A model generated the notes under the pieces. The model was not told where the DNA came from. It worked only from the letters and a program-made list of their open reading frames with translations, and did not search any database. The position numbers were made by a program, and so were the translations under genes. A DNA stretch of 64,000 bases from Octopus sinensis. Lineage: Eukaryota. This document shows, piece after piece, positions 13,446-26,800 of this stretch. Position 1 is the stretch's first letter. Each line of letters opens with the position of its first letter. The DNA is taken from the NCBI RefSeq assembly GCF_006345805.1, contig NC_042999.1, positions 89,838,001-89,902,000 of the forward strand, written 5' to 3'.

Positions 13446-15965
13446 TAATAATAACAACAACACTAATGATGGTTTCAAATTTTGATACAAGGCCAGCAAA
13501 TTCAAGGGAAAGGATAGTCGGTCACATCGACCCCAGTACTCAACTGATACTTATTTTATCAACCCCAAAAAGATGAAAATCAACCTCAGCAGAATCTGAA
13601 CTCAAAACCCAAAGACTGATGAAATGCCACTAAGAATTTTGAAATATTAATAATAATCATAGTAATAATAAAGATTTCTTTTATTGGCCACAAGGGCCCA
13701 AGACATGGAGGGAAAAAGCTCAACCACAACCGAGAAGGGAACTTCATGGAAAAATGGTTCTCTCTATCTGGTGGGATTGCAAAGGAGTAATTCACTTTCA
13801 ATTGTTACCACCTAATACAACAATCAGTGCTTAAGTCTACTGTCAGCAATTAGAGTGTTTGAACCAAGCTTTGAAGAAAAAGGACCCGCTTTAGTGAATC
13901 AAAAAGGAGTGATGTTTCATCAGGACAATGCGCGACCCCATACAGCAAAGATCACTTCACAGAAGATTGAAGAGTTTGGTTGGGAAAAAAATTCCTCATC
14001 CTCCTTATTCTGCCGACCTTGCTCCTTCAGACTACCATTTGTTTCGTAGTTTACAGAATCATTTGGGGGACATAACTTTCGCAAGCCAGGAGGATGTAGA
14101 AACTGATATTTCAGAGTTCTTCACTTTGAAACCAAAAGAGATTTACATTGATAGGATTAAAAAGCTTGTAAATAGATGGAAGGAAGTCATAGATAATCAG
14201 GGAAAGTACATTGATGATTAAATTTCAGTTAAATATAACATTTGATCACTTGTTTTCTTTATTTAAAATTCGGACAGAACTTATGGGATGACCCGATAAT
14301 TCATTGACCCCAAAAGGAAGAAAGGTAAAGTCAACCTCAGTGGCATTTGAACTCAGAACATAGTGATGGGCAAAATACCATTAAGCATTTTGTCCAGCAT
14401 GCAAACGTTCTGCCAGCTCAACACCTTAATAATAATAATAATAAAATGCACTCTTGGATACCGGAATGCCTGAAACTATTTAGTTTAGCCAATAACAGAA
14501 TTCTTCAGGTGTATGTACACAAGACTGAGCTGATAACATCAGAAGAGAGACCTGGAGGCATTCAAATAAGAAGAATCTGCTAACATGATAGTGCATCATT
14601 GATATTGTATACATTGTACATGATAGCAGTGACATTGCTATCAGGAGTGGGATATCCATTGGAATTGAAACAATTTAAAATCAACAGAAATTTGTTTTTC
14701 ATAGTCAATATTAAACTGTTTGGGAAGAATGAAAAGCTAGATAATTTAATTAAAATTATCCATTTATTTAGCAAAGGCACCGGAAAGGAATTTGAGATAA
14801 AGTGTGGTATAATTTAAAAAGAAAATAAAGTGTTGGTATATGTGATAGTGTAATTTGATGGTGAAGTAATGAGGGATATTGGTAAGGACATATATAAGCA
14901 CTTAGGATTACGAGTCAGCAACATCAAACATGATTGAAGGAACTATGAGGAAAAGAATACCGGATATGATTAAAATTGGTGTCTAAGTCAAAATTAACTG
15001 GAAGAAACATGATATAAATAAATATATGGAAGGAGATATTAAGCAGGGATAATCAAATGGAATAGAGGAGAATTCCTAAAGTTTGACAGGTGTAAAAACC
15101 CATGACAATGGAGCATTCCACCTTAAATGTTCGTTAATAGGCTCTATGTATTCAGGGAAACAGGAAAAGATGTGATTAGTTACTGGAATCGTAGAGGCAT
15201 GGAAAGAATCAACAATGATATATAGTTAGTAATCTGCATTGATGAATCACAGCTCCAGTACTATGGACATGTGATTAGAATGACATGGGAAAAGAATTGC
15301 AACACAGACTCTTCAAGCTGAGCCAAGCAGTAGAAGACCTACAGGCAGACTAAGAATGAGATAACTGAAGAAATATCCATAGCCTCAGTAGAATACGTTT
15401 GGGAATCCATCCACAAAGTCTAATAATTTACCACTCAATAGTTTCTCATTTAGGTACAAGACCAGCATCTTTTGTGAAGAGGGATTTAATCGATACGAAT
15501 AATTCCAGTACTTCACTGGTACTTTACCCACCTGAGAAATGAAAGGCAGAGTTGACTTCAGTTAGGTTTGAACTTAAACAGTAAAATGCCAGATGAAATA
15601 CCACAAGGCATTGTTCCTAACACAAGCGATTCTACCAAATAATAACTCATTACTTGTAAAACACATACCTGGACATTTTCTTATAGACTTCTTTAAGTCT
15701 GGGCAGTAACATTCACAGTCCTTCGCCACAAAACCATTTCTGGGACAAGACTTTTTCGGACAATTTCCTAGAAATATATAAAGAATTCCTTTTACTTTTA
15801 CTTTTGTGCATACAACTATACATAAGAAACCTGTGAGGATTGAGCAGTAGGAAGGGATGATGGATGAATTGATATGTTTAATAAAATAAAGACAGCGATG
15901 CGTATAACGTTTATTATGTACTAGGAGAGAAACCCGGCGTTGCTCGGAATTAAAACGGCATAGTT

Positions 15966-15996
<31 letters not shown>

Positions 15997-18900
15997 ATTA
16001 CAGTTATGTTGAAACAGGTGATACAGGAAAGTGCAACATTGACGACAAAACATTTGTGGAGTAAATTTTAAAACTTTGCATAAAAGACAATTTGAGTTTA
16101 GCACACCAATTTGGAAAGAATTATCATTTTTTAAGAATGGGATGGATCATATCTGAAAGCAGCTCCAGGTGTTGTGAAGGATGAATTTGTACGTGTTCTG
16201 TTTCTGAGAGCTATTCTATTGGACCTTTGTGCAATCTGGCGTTCTAAACGTTGTTTTAATTATTCAGCATTAAGTGCTACAGTTATATCTTTGTTGATCT
16301 TAGGAAAGTCTCATCTCCCTTCTCTTTTGAGTCTGTATTTGACGTGCTGCAGCATGCGTTTGGTGATCTTTGGAAAGTGTAATGTCCCTTCCGTATTGAG
16401 ACTACATCTGACGTACTGCCTTTGTTGATCTTGAAAAAGTCATGTTCCTTATCTCTTGAGACTCTCGCCTTCGGTTTTCTGCACCTCTTGCTTTATAGAC
16501 GTTTCTGGAGAGATTACGTTTTTTTCAATATTTTAAACATATAATTATGATATATATACATTAATCTTTATTTTTGTAAGCAGTTGTATGTATGTAGTAT
16601 GTCTATATTTTTGTATGCAGTGTAAATTAACCAAATTTAAGCAAATTGTAAATACCTTGCAACTGCTGCGATAATTATGAACTGTTTGTTGAACGGTAGA
16701 TGTGCATTTTTATATGACTTGAAACTTCCACGTAATTGTGTTTTGTCAAGAGTTTCACTTCCAGCCGTTCTCGTCACATATGTATATGTATGTGTAGATG
16801 TATGTGTGTGTTTAATAACGTACGTAACGGGCGCGCAAACACACACATTCTCAGAGACAAATACATATTCATATACAAAATGTGACGATACATATTCATA
16901 TACAAAATGTGACACATTCACTTTCACATACATCCACATACATATAGTAAGAGAGACACATACACACTCATATATGTGACGTCGTCGTGATATAAAATGT
17001 CCTTCACTATCTCGTACGTATCGAACGCGCAAACACACACACAAAAGTGAAACAATATTACAGTCATACCACATTAGAATTAAAAGTGAAATAATGAAAG
17101 TGAAACAATATTATATCAAACAAGGAAGTCAATTTGTGGGCAGAAATTATAAACCCCATTTCAGCGTATAAATCTGTAGAAAGAAATAGCTTGAGTGAAA
17201 AAACTTAAGTCACTTTAGGATATCTATTTCTAACGCATGAACGCTCAGTGGCGCGGTTGAGTTCTCATTAGTAAGGAAGGCTTATCGACTGTGTCAACGG
17301 TTTTCGACAGAGAGAGAAATGTAAATAGTGTATTTAAATAGACGGAGTGCAAAAAATTTAAAATAAGTAATGTTGTAGAGAGACCGTACAAATAGTGTGA
17401 AGACAAAGATATTTATGCACGGCAAAACTGAAATACACTGAAGTCAATTTTCAGAGAGAGAAAGAGTGAGAGCGAGTGAGTGAAAGAAACAGACATAGAC
17501 TTAAAGAGAGGAAGTATTGCAGAGGGTGAAGGTGAGAAAAAGAAAGAGTAGAGATAAATAAATAGAGAGAAAAAAAGGGAGAGAATTGCTTTAAAACTGC
17601 AGAAGTCAAAAGGAGAGAATCGGTTGAAACTGCAGTTTTTAGAGAATTACTCACGTAAAATACGTTTTTTCCCCGGTCAGTTCCTCGCATTACGCAGGAG
17701 CTCTGGGTGAAATGTTATAGTGCATGACTATTCTTGGCACATAAGTAAGGTATGTGAAGTTTGGTGAAAATCGGTTGAAAACTGTAGAAATGCATACGTA
17801 CTACACACACACAGATATCCTTTGATTTATATACATAGATATACAAATGTGGAACGGTGTTAGTTGTAATATTTTGTCTCAGAGAAACGTCTGAAAGAGA
17901 CTTGTGTATTAATAGCACAGAGCCTGCTCAGCATCATGTCGCTGGATCATCAAAAACACTGTTTTTACTTAATTTGGTCTCCTCAGTGACAAACACTACC
18001 AAGTACGTATATTAATTTAGTTCTGGCCGGTTTCCGCACAATTTAGTTAAAGATTTGTTTACTGATTTCCATATCATAGCTTTCAGGAGTGTGGAACCAC
18101 CTCCCAGTCACTTTTGTTCCAGGTCTCTTCTGACCTGTGGTAGTAGCACCAATCGAGGTCCCAGCTATAAATTAATTAACATGTAATGGAAGAAACTCCG
18201 AGCACAAACGTACACTGTCTTGTGAGTACCTTGGGAAAGGAAAAGGCTAGAGGTATCAATCTTGGAAGCTATTTAAAGAGTGGTGTCCCTCAAGCGGACC
18301 GATGCCTTCTTTGATACCTTTCTGGCAACTCTAGAACAGGTAGAGCTCTCCAGCCCTGTAAGGTAATTTACTAGGAGAAGGCCACTTCAATGTTAAATCT
18401 ACAATTTGCTGATTGTCGCAACAGTCTTAGCCCGCTAAGTCACTGTGACTATGTCTCCAAGTCTAAAGAGTGAGACTGGAGTGTGCGAACTGACTCCTAT
18501 TTTAAAATTACTAAGCGCCGGTAAGGAGAAAATCTCAGTAGTAATGGAGAAAAGACAAAAACGACAGGTACTAGATGATTCTGGCAGTCGCATCAACTCC
18601 ACATATAGGCTTTGCCTCTCTTCCTCATTATCATCAGACATAAATGTTATACACATCGCTATTCTAATCTCATACCATTTTAAGTGTGCTGATTTAAAAG
18701 ATGATTTGCAATTTTTTAAACCTATCAAACTCCTTGATGGAGAAAGAAATTATAAGGGTGTAAAATTTAATTTGTCATTTCTCCTTTAGAGGAGAATCAA
18801 AAATTATACACAGGACAGTTTGATAGCTACAGGTCTAGATTACATTCTCTTAGTGTAGAAGTGAAACTAAAATAGCAATAGACATTTTCATTTATTTCAG

Positions 18901-20060
18901 TTAATACTCACTCCTAGATTTTGTATCACACAGAGTGGTTAGAATTTGTAAAAGAAAATTACACGTGGTGAAAGCAATGCGGGAGCCTTATGCAGTCTTT
19001 TAACCAGTCAGAAATCTCGCTCAAACTGCACTCTACTATTGTATAAAAGAAAAGATACATTTGATTATGTAGCCCACAGCCAGATTAGTCGTTGCTGGAG
19101 CACCTTTGAGCTGGAATTAGACAGCAAAATTTACATAACGTTCTCATCGTGGTTTACAAGTCTTCGATAACATCCTACCATAAAATAAGATTTAAAAAAT
19201 TTTGTTAACCTTCACTCACCAATATAGAATTACCAATCCAAAAACTCGCTGTCGTTTCTCTCCTATTCTCATATATTCTTTTACTCTTTTATTCTTTTAC
19301 TTGTTTCAGTCATTTGACTGCTACCATGGTGAGCACTGCCTTGAAGGGTTTTAGTCCAACAAATCGACCTCAGGACTCATTACTTATTTTAAAGCCTAGA
19401 ACTTATTCTATCGATCACCTGTACCGAACCGTTATAGACGTGTATATGAACATATTTGTGCGCGTATGGGTATATATACGTGTGTGTATGCGTGTGTGCG
19501 GGTATGTATATATGTACATGCACATGTCTATGGTTACATATATGTGGGTGTACAAGCCTGTGTTTCACGCTAGTGTGAATGAGTATAAGCATATATAGCA
19601 TGTGCGTATTTAGACGTGTATTTAAATATAATTGTGCGCGTATGACTATGTGCATGTGTGTGTGCGCGGATATGTATATGTGTACCTGTATGGTTGCATA
19701 TATATGTGCATGTGCATGTATGTGTTTCACGCGAGTGTGAGTGAGCATATGCATATAAGCACATGTACGTGGGTGTGCATGCGCGCATGTGGTTGGATGT
19801 ACATGCGCGCATATGCTATTTCTATAAACATTTTTACTTTTTACTTTTTTACTTTCTCCCCTTCGCTTATTCTCCTTTATTTAATGGTCATTCTCATAGT
19901 TCTTTTGTCTTAATAATGGTCAATTACATAGTAATTTCCCTCTGTTTAACTGTCATTTTCATAGCATTTTTTTATTGTCTTAATAACTGACGAGATGCCG
20001 GAGCAGATTTCCGCCCCGTCATCCGAAACTCAGAGTTTTATTATGGCAACCGAATAATTG

Positions 20061-20103
<43 letters not shown>

Positions 20104-20376
20104 ATATATATATAATATATATATATATAGGCCACTGGTATTTATAGAGTGTTAAACACTTTCGGTATGCAAATTAGGGACTTCTTCATAGAGTAACTCT
20201 TGTATTTGTTGAGTATATAAACAGTTTGGCTGCTTGTTTCTCTGGAGGCTGTCAGAATGATGTAGACGCTTCTGATGAGAACCCAGTAAGGTTCGAAAAT
20301 CGATTAAGGTTGTTCATTTTTTTTCAGTCTGCGGAGAAATAGCTAAAAATTGCCCTGTTTACAATTATACCATGTT

Positions 20377-20434
<58 letters not shown>

Positions 20435-20808
20435 TGACTCTCCGTCGGTTACGACGACGAAGCTCCCAGTTGATCCGATCAACGGAACAGCCTATCGTGA
20501 AATTAACGTGCAAGTGACTGAGCACTCCTCAGACACGTGTACCCTTAACGTAGTTCTCGGGGAGATTCAGCGTGACACAGAGTGTGACAAGGCTGGCCCA
20601 TTGAAATACAGGTACAACAGAAATAGGAAGAAAGAGTGAGAGAAAGTTGTGGTGAAAGAATACAGCAAGGTTAGCTACCATCCCCTGCCGGATCCTCGTG
20701 GAGTTTTTAGGTGTTTTTGCTCAATAAGCACTCACAATGCTCGGTCTGGGGATTGAAACCGCGATCCTATGACCTCGAGTCCGCTGCTCTAACCACTGGA
20801 CATTGCGC

Positions 20809-20847
<39 letters not shown>

Positions 20848-23800
20848 AAAGGGAGAGCGTTGTTCAGTAATAGTAAAATCAACAAGTACTCTATCTGGTG
20901 AGAGATAAATATTATTTAATAAACACAATGTTTCATGTGATGAAAGTATGCCAGACAGTATTTTTAACACGTCTGGTGCCTCAGCGCATTCTTCAGGATA
21001 TATATACCCCGATACATCTACTTTTTAAACTTTTGTCATCCCTCTCTCCTGTGTTTCGCCTCTCATACTTCAAATACTTATATGTCAGTCCTCTTTTCAA
21101 TTCACTCCCTGCCCATATTTTCACTACACAGTCAACCGCCTGCAGAACACCAGCCTAGGAATGTCAAATACTTAATCTATCTGAAAAAGCAATTTTCCCT
21201 CAAATTACAATCAATCGCCTTTAAAAAAAAATAGTTCGGACGGCTGAAATACTTTTGGTGAATGACTTCTGTTGGAATTCCTTTGGAATGTAAATAACAA
21301 CTGTAGCACACAAAAATCCAGGCAGATCAATTGCAACCATGTCATCAGACTGGAAATGGCTTGCAAGTGTCATGAACGTAGCCCTCCTTTCCTCCAGAAA
21401 AATCATACAAACCATCGCACAAGAAAGAAATATCGATGGGAACCAGTTTACTCACCTGAACAGTTATACATTGCGTTGACAATTTTAACGTCATTAAAAC
21501 TGAGAATTTTAGCTTTTCCAATAATCTTCTGGTAACGTTTATCTTTCGTAACAATGGTCATTTCTCCATTCACAGAGAATAGCTACAAATATATATAACA
21601 TGTTTAATAACAATTTCTGATATAAGGATGATTAAAGGGAAAACAGAGTTATGTAGTGCTTGAACACAGAACGTAAAGAACTTAACGAACCCCGCAAGCC
21701 ATTTTGTCGGACGTTCTAACGATTAGAGCCGTGGATTGACAAAATCGTTAGAAAGTTGCAGTATTTGTTTTAGCTCTTTATGTGAAGGCGCGTGGCTTAG
21801 TGATCAGGGCATTCGACTGACGATTGTAAGGTCGTGAGTTCGATTCCCGGCGATGCGTTGTGTCCTTGAGCAAGACACTTTATTTCACGTTGCTCCAGTC
21901 CACTCAGCTGGCAAAAATAAGTTGTACCTGTATTTCAAAGGGCCGGCCTTGTCACACTCTGTGTCACGCTGAATCTCCCTGAGAACTACGTTCAGGGTAC
22001 TCGTGTCTGTGGATTGCTCAGTCACTTGCACGTTAATTCCACGAGCAAGCTGTTCCGTTGATCGTATTAGCTGGGACTCTCGTCGTCGTAACCGACGGAG
22101 TGCTCCCTTATGTTCCGAGTTTAAAATCCGGGTGAACTCTGCATTTCACCTCTCTGGCGTCAATGCAACAAAATACTGGTCAAGTACTGGGATCAACTTC
22201 ATTGACTAACCTCCTCCGAATTCCGAGCCTTATGCTAATATTAGAAATATAAGAAAGTAGTAGGTCAGGGGAATAGATGGTACTCCAGATAAAATGCCTT
22301 GTGGTATTTATCTCGGCTCTTTACGTTCAGAGTTCAAATTTTGTCGAGATCAACTTTGCCTTTCATACATCTGAGGTCGATAAAATAACGTACCAGTCAA
22401 GTATGGAGTTGATATCGACTGACCCCCTCCCCTCAAAATTGTTAACCATGTGCCTAAAGCAGAAATCACAAGTAGTAGTAGTAGTAGTAGTAAGGCATAG
22501 AGCTGGAAGAAACCTTAGCATCCCAGACAAAATGTTTAACGGCATTTCTTCCAGGTTCATGTTCTGAGTTCAAATTCCGCCGATGTCGACTTTGCTTTTC
22601 GTCCTTACGGGGTCGATAAAATAAGTACCAGTTAAGCATTAAGAGTCGATGTGACCAACTAGCCCCAGATGCCCCCCCCCCCGCAAAAAAAAGAAATTTC
22701 AGGCTTTGTGCCTAGAGTAAAATTATTATTAGTGCCACCAAGTCCATTCCTTCACTTATGAAACAGAAACGCATACAAACATGTTAGAAAACATGTCACA
22801 GCAAGAGAAAAGTTTCATAAAAAATGAGGCGCGAAGTAAAGCCATTATACAATTGACTGTGAAGTACAGAAAATGTTTTAGTTTTAAAATAGTGCATTTA
22901 AATGAATAAACATTGTAGCCAGAGTATTCAACAATCACCCGATGTCACGATTCGCTGGAATGTTACCCTAGTGACAAAGAATATTTGACCAATAACGATT
23001 TGACATGGCATGAATATTATCCACGTGATAACAAAATCTGACCAAGTACGACTTCAAGTAGAATAGGCTCTAGCGGTAATTTCGACTTTTGACGCGCTCC
23101 TTTCTGAGCCCTTCAATCAATATAAAATCGATACACACGCAACTGCCAGACAGAGAGAATATGAGACGACATGGTAGATGGCTAGACCGAGTTAACTTCA
23201 ACATAATGAACTACTGGTGACAGCAAAACAAAAACTAGCAGTTAACTTTTAAAATACTACAATTACACTAAGATCAGTAACATCCAAACTTTCGATGTTT
23301 GTCGTTCGTAGTAGCAACAGTATTTGTCTTTTGCTTGCACACGAAAAAAATAAGTTTGTTGTCAAAAATCTCAATAGATTTCGTCGTCGTCGTCTTTTAT
23401 GTACATTTGACTTCTGATGTTAGAAATTACAGCTACTAGCAGTTAGCAACCAACAGTTGTGACCCTGTCTCTTGCTCCAAGTACAATATCAATACTAGAC
23501 TGTAAGTAGCGGTAGCATAATAAAATTGATCACTCATTGGCTTTCAGCACTGAGTTAAACTGTTGCTCAAAGAAAATCTATCGGCAATAAACAGACGTTA
23601 CATCCAGAGGAGAGAGTTATGTTAACTACTTAAAGATAAAGTAAGACTCATTGAACTGAGAAAATTAATTTCGGCTCTCGGTTAATGGAATGATTTTTTT
23701 AAATAACTTTGTCAGAGAATGAAAGGTAGTGCTCATAAACTTTTTTCTGAGATATCTGAGATTCACATGACGAAGTTTTCCTCAGACCAGAGGTATAGTC

Positions 23801-26800
23801 TGAATATTTGCCAAAGAATAAACTCCGCTAAAGAACACTTCTAAGAAGTAAGCCACTCCTATCAGAAGCCACCGAATCTTCAAACCTAGGTAATCTGTTG
23901 GTTAGAAGAATCCATATTGCGATTCTTTCCAGCGGCATTCTAATCATGTGTGTTGAACCGGCCAATGAATTAGGTCTATCTTCTAAGGAAATATATGAAT
24001 TTCATAATTTTCTATATTTCTATTGTTTTCAGTCAAACTACACCGAATATTTAAGAAATTACAATCTAAGATATTGATTGATTTTCATTTGAGAATAATA
24101 CACTACATTTTTAGATGTGCACAAAACAGCTGCTACATAGAGTAGTGTAATGTATAATATAAAGTCACAGTATTTAGGATGGAATTTTTAAATACTAGTA
24201 TACTTACGTAGGAGCCATAATGCATTATACTTCTATAGTCGTACGTAGTATCATACAAGTTCATATCTCTGTTCGTTCGTTTCTCAAAATTGTAGAAAAG
24301 TCCGTTGATGACGTTTCTTTTTATGATGGAAACATAGGTATCACGATCGCTTCGGGACTGCTCATGGAAAAGGCCGATAGCATGACCAAGTTCATGCAAT
24401 ATAATGCTTTTCTATGATGGATAAGAAAATAATGTTAGCTTAATTGCATAAATAAAATGGGCAAAAGCTAAACCAAGCACGCAGATGTCGGATAATCTCT
24501 GCTAAAGTCTAGTTTATTTTGATGATGACAATTCATCAGTTTTTTTTTTCCTTCTGGCAATTTTCTTTGCATTTATAACAAAACTACCATCTTTTTGTGA
24601 TCCAACAGAGGAGACTGTACAAGGTTGTTCGACCAGGTAGAAATAGCTATCAAATGTCTTTCGAAACACATCTCACCATCTTATAAAATCAGTTGTAATC
24701 ATCTTATGTAATCAGTTGTAAAAGTGTAATTTTGTATAAAAATGTCCTCCGAAGAAAACAAAATATACATCAGTTTTAAAACAAGAAGTTATATAAGTTG
24801 CAGAGTAGAAAAATAACTGTTTGCATGTATGAAAAGAATTTTGTGTTTCGGAGAAAGAAGTGAGAGACTGGAGAAAGATACCAAACGAGCTTCTGACAAT
24901 GCCAAAACGAAAATGTGTTTACTGTTAGAAACCGAAGTGTTTACAATTGAAAAATGTTGCTGAGAGGATACTTGAAAGTTCTCGAGAATTTTCAAAAGAA
25001 AATTTTCGATAATTGTGTTGATGATGTATCCCTCTAAATCCATGCGCAAAAACAAGCAAATTAGAATGAAATTTAGGATTTTAAAGCAGTGATAGATGGT
25101 TCACTTAGTTCATGAGATTGTATGATTTATTACATCTGCAGAAAACTAAGAATGCAAAAAAGCTGCTGGCTGATCTCAATTTTAAGGTGTTACAGTTTTA
25201 ATAGTTGTTACGAGAAATTAGTGGAAGAAAGGTTACAAATATCATGTATTGGACACACGGACGAAATGTATACTTCTCTTGGTATGCAGAGATTTGAACA
25301 GTGAACCAAAACGACAAAAAGTGTACTTTCTCAGTAAAACGTTCTAAGCTAAAACCAATGGTTGTTTTAAGAGAAAAACTCCATAAAAGGAGAAATTTCG
25401 AAAAGGAATTGTCTCTCACGGGCATCCAAAAGGATGGATGTAGAAAAGGGATTAAGGTTTAGAATTGACGATCTTGTGGACTACAATAGGAAAAGTGTTT
25501 GCTAATCTAGGACCTTTTTAACGTATATCTAGTGAAAAATGTTATTGATAATCTCTGATCGTATAACACTAACAAAACCATAATTCCCAGCGGACTTACA
25601 TGGAAGGATGCAGGCCCCATTACTGTTTTGTTTTTTTTTTTCCTCTGAATAGATCATTGATTCACAAAGGGCAATAAGATCTGTCACAATTCTCAAATCG
25701 TTCGAGATAATGTAGTGTTTTGAAATGGATGGTGCAGAAGATCATGGAATGACATAGATGATGTAGATGACGTGCTGTCTCTGACTATGAAAAGTTTAAG
25801 TGAAGATGATCCTTGTGATAATAGCATTCATTCTAGTAATTAAGAAGCTTTATTCAGTGTTGAAGATGATTTGCAGTGTGCTTAATCAAGATTTAAATTA
25901 ACTTTTGCGTGTGAAATTTCTAATATGTATCATGTAATTGTACTTTAAATATATACTAAATTTCTACTTCACTTTTTGTATGGATAAATAAAGGTTTACT
26001 GATTTATTTTTGTTTCCATCGCCATCGTTTATTTTCGTTTATTTTATATTTTATGATTTTTAAACTACATTGAATTTATTAAAAATTAAAGTATAACAAA
26101 GAAAATGGAAGTCCTTAATCCAGCGATTAAGGACTTCCAACGTTTTCGATGGAGATTCTAGTTTGTATGAAGAATGTGTTGTGCTTCTACATCTCTTATA
26201 AAGGTTGATATTTAAAACCGCAATCTGAATTTAATGAATTAGAAAGAAAAAAAAAACAAGAACTGATATAATGTCCCTGTGATGGATGTGAGTTCGACAA
26301 ATCTGAAAATAATGTGGTTGTAGAATCATGATGTGCAATACATCGACACTGTATATTATAATGGTACGTTAGTGGTATTAGATAAAAAATTTTTGATACA
26401 AAATGATCTCATAAAATAAAGTATAAGGAATGCGATCAAAAGTGCGATTGCAAATATTTAAACGCATGTGGCCTTAATATTGGTTGCAGGACATGTGTTT
26501 TGATGCGTAAAATCGGTGTTATTACTGTAATCCGTTTAGAAATTATTTCGGCTTCTGGTGCTGATTCAAGCGTGAGCTTCAGCTCCTCAAAAATAAAATA
26601 CATGTAATAGCTGATTCTATATATTTAACCTTAAAAAATGGTTTTAGAAAAATAGACTTTTATAAGACTATATGTGGTACAATTTTTGTATTTTTTTGTG
26701 TTAATTATTGTTTCGAGAATTATCTGTATAGTTTTTCATGTAATATATACTACCGATACAACCTTTTTGCTCCAGCCAATGAATCAAGGTGTGATAGCTA

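Noticed and set aside
19314-19990. His/Thr/Tyr- or Val/Cys/Met-rich ORFs (also at 16637-17074, 48071-48449, 49844-50409, 50436-51011)
   Set aside because: They are translations of (CA)/(TA)/(TATG) microsatellites, with no splice signals or domain motifs.
21784-21860. tRNA-like A/B boxes (also at about 27520, 38250, 43465)
   Set aside because: They are heads of multi-copy SINEs that continue into SINE bodies, and no complete cloverleaf is present.
23840-23985. Acceptor-like site followed by a roughly 50-codon open frame within the astacin intron
   Set aside because: It has no astacin similarity or suitable donor, and the flanking exons already join in phase.
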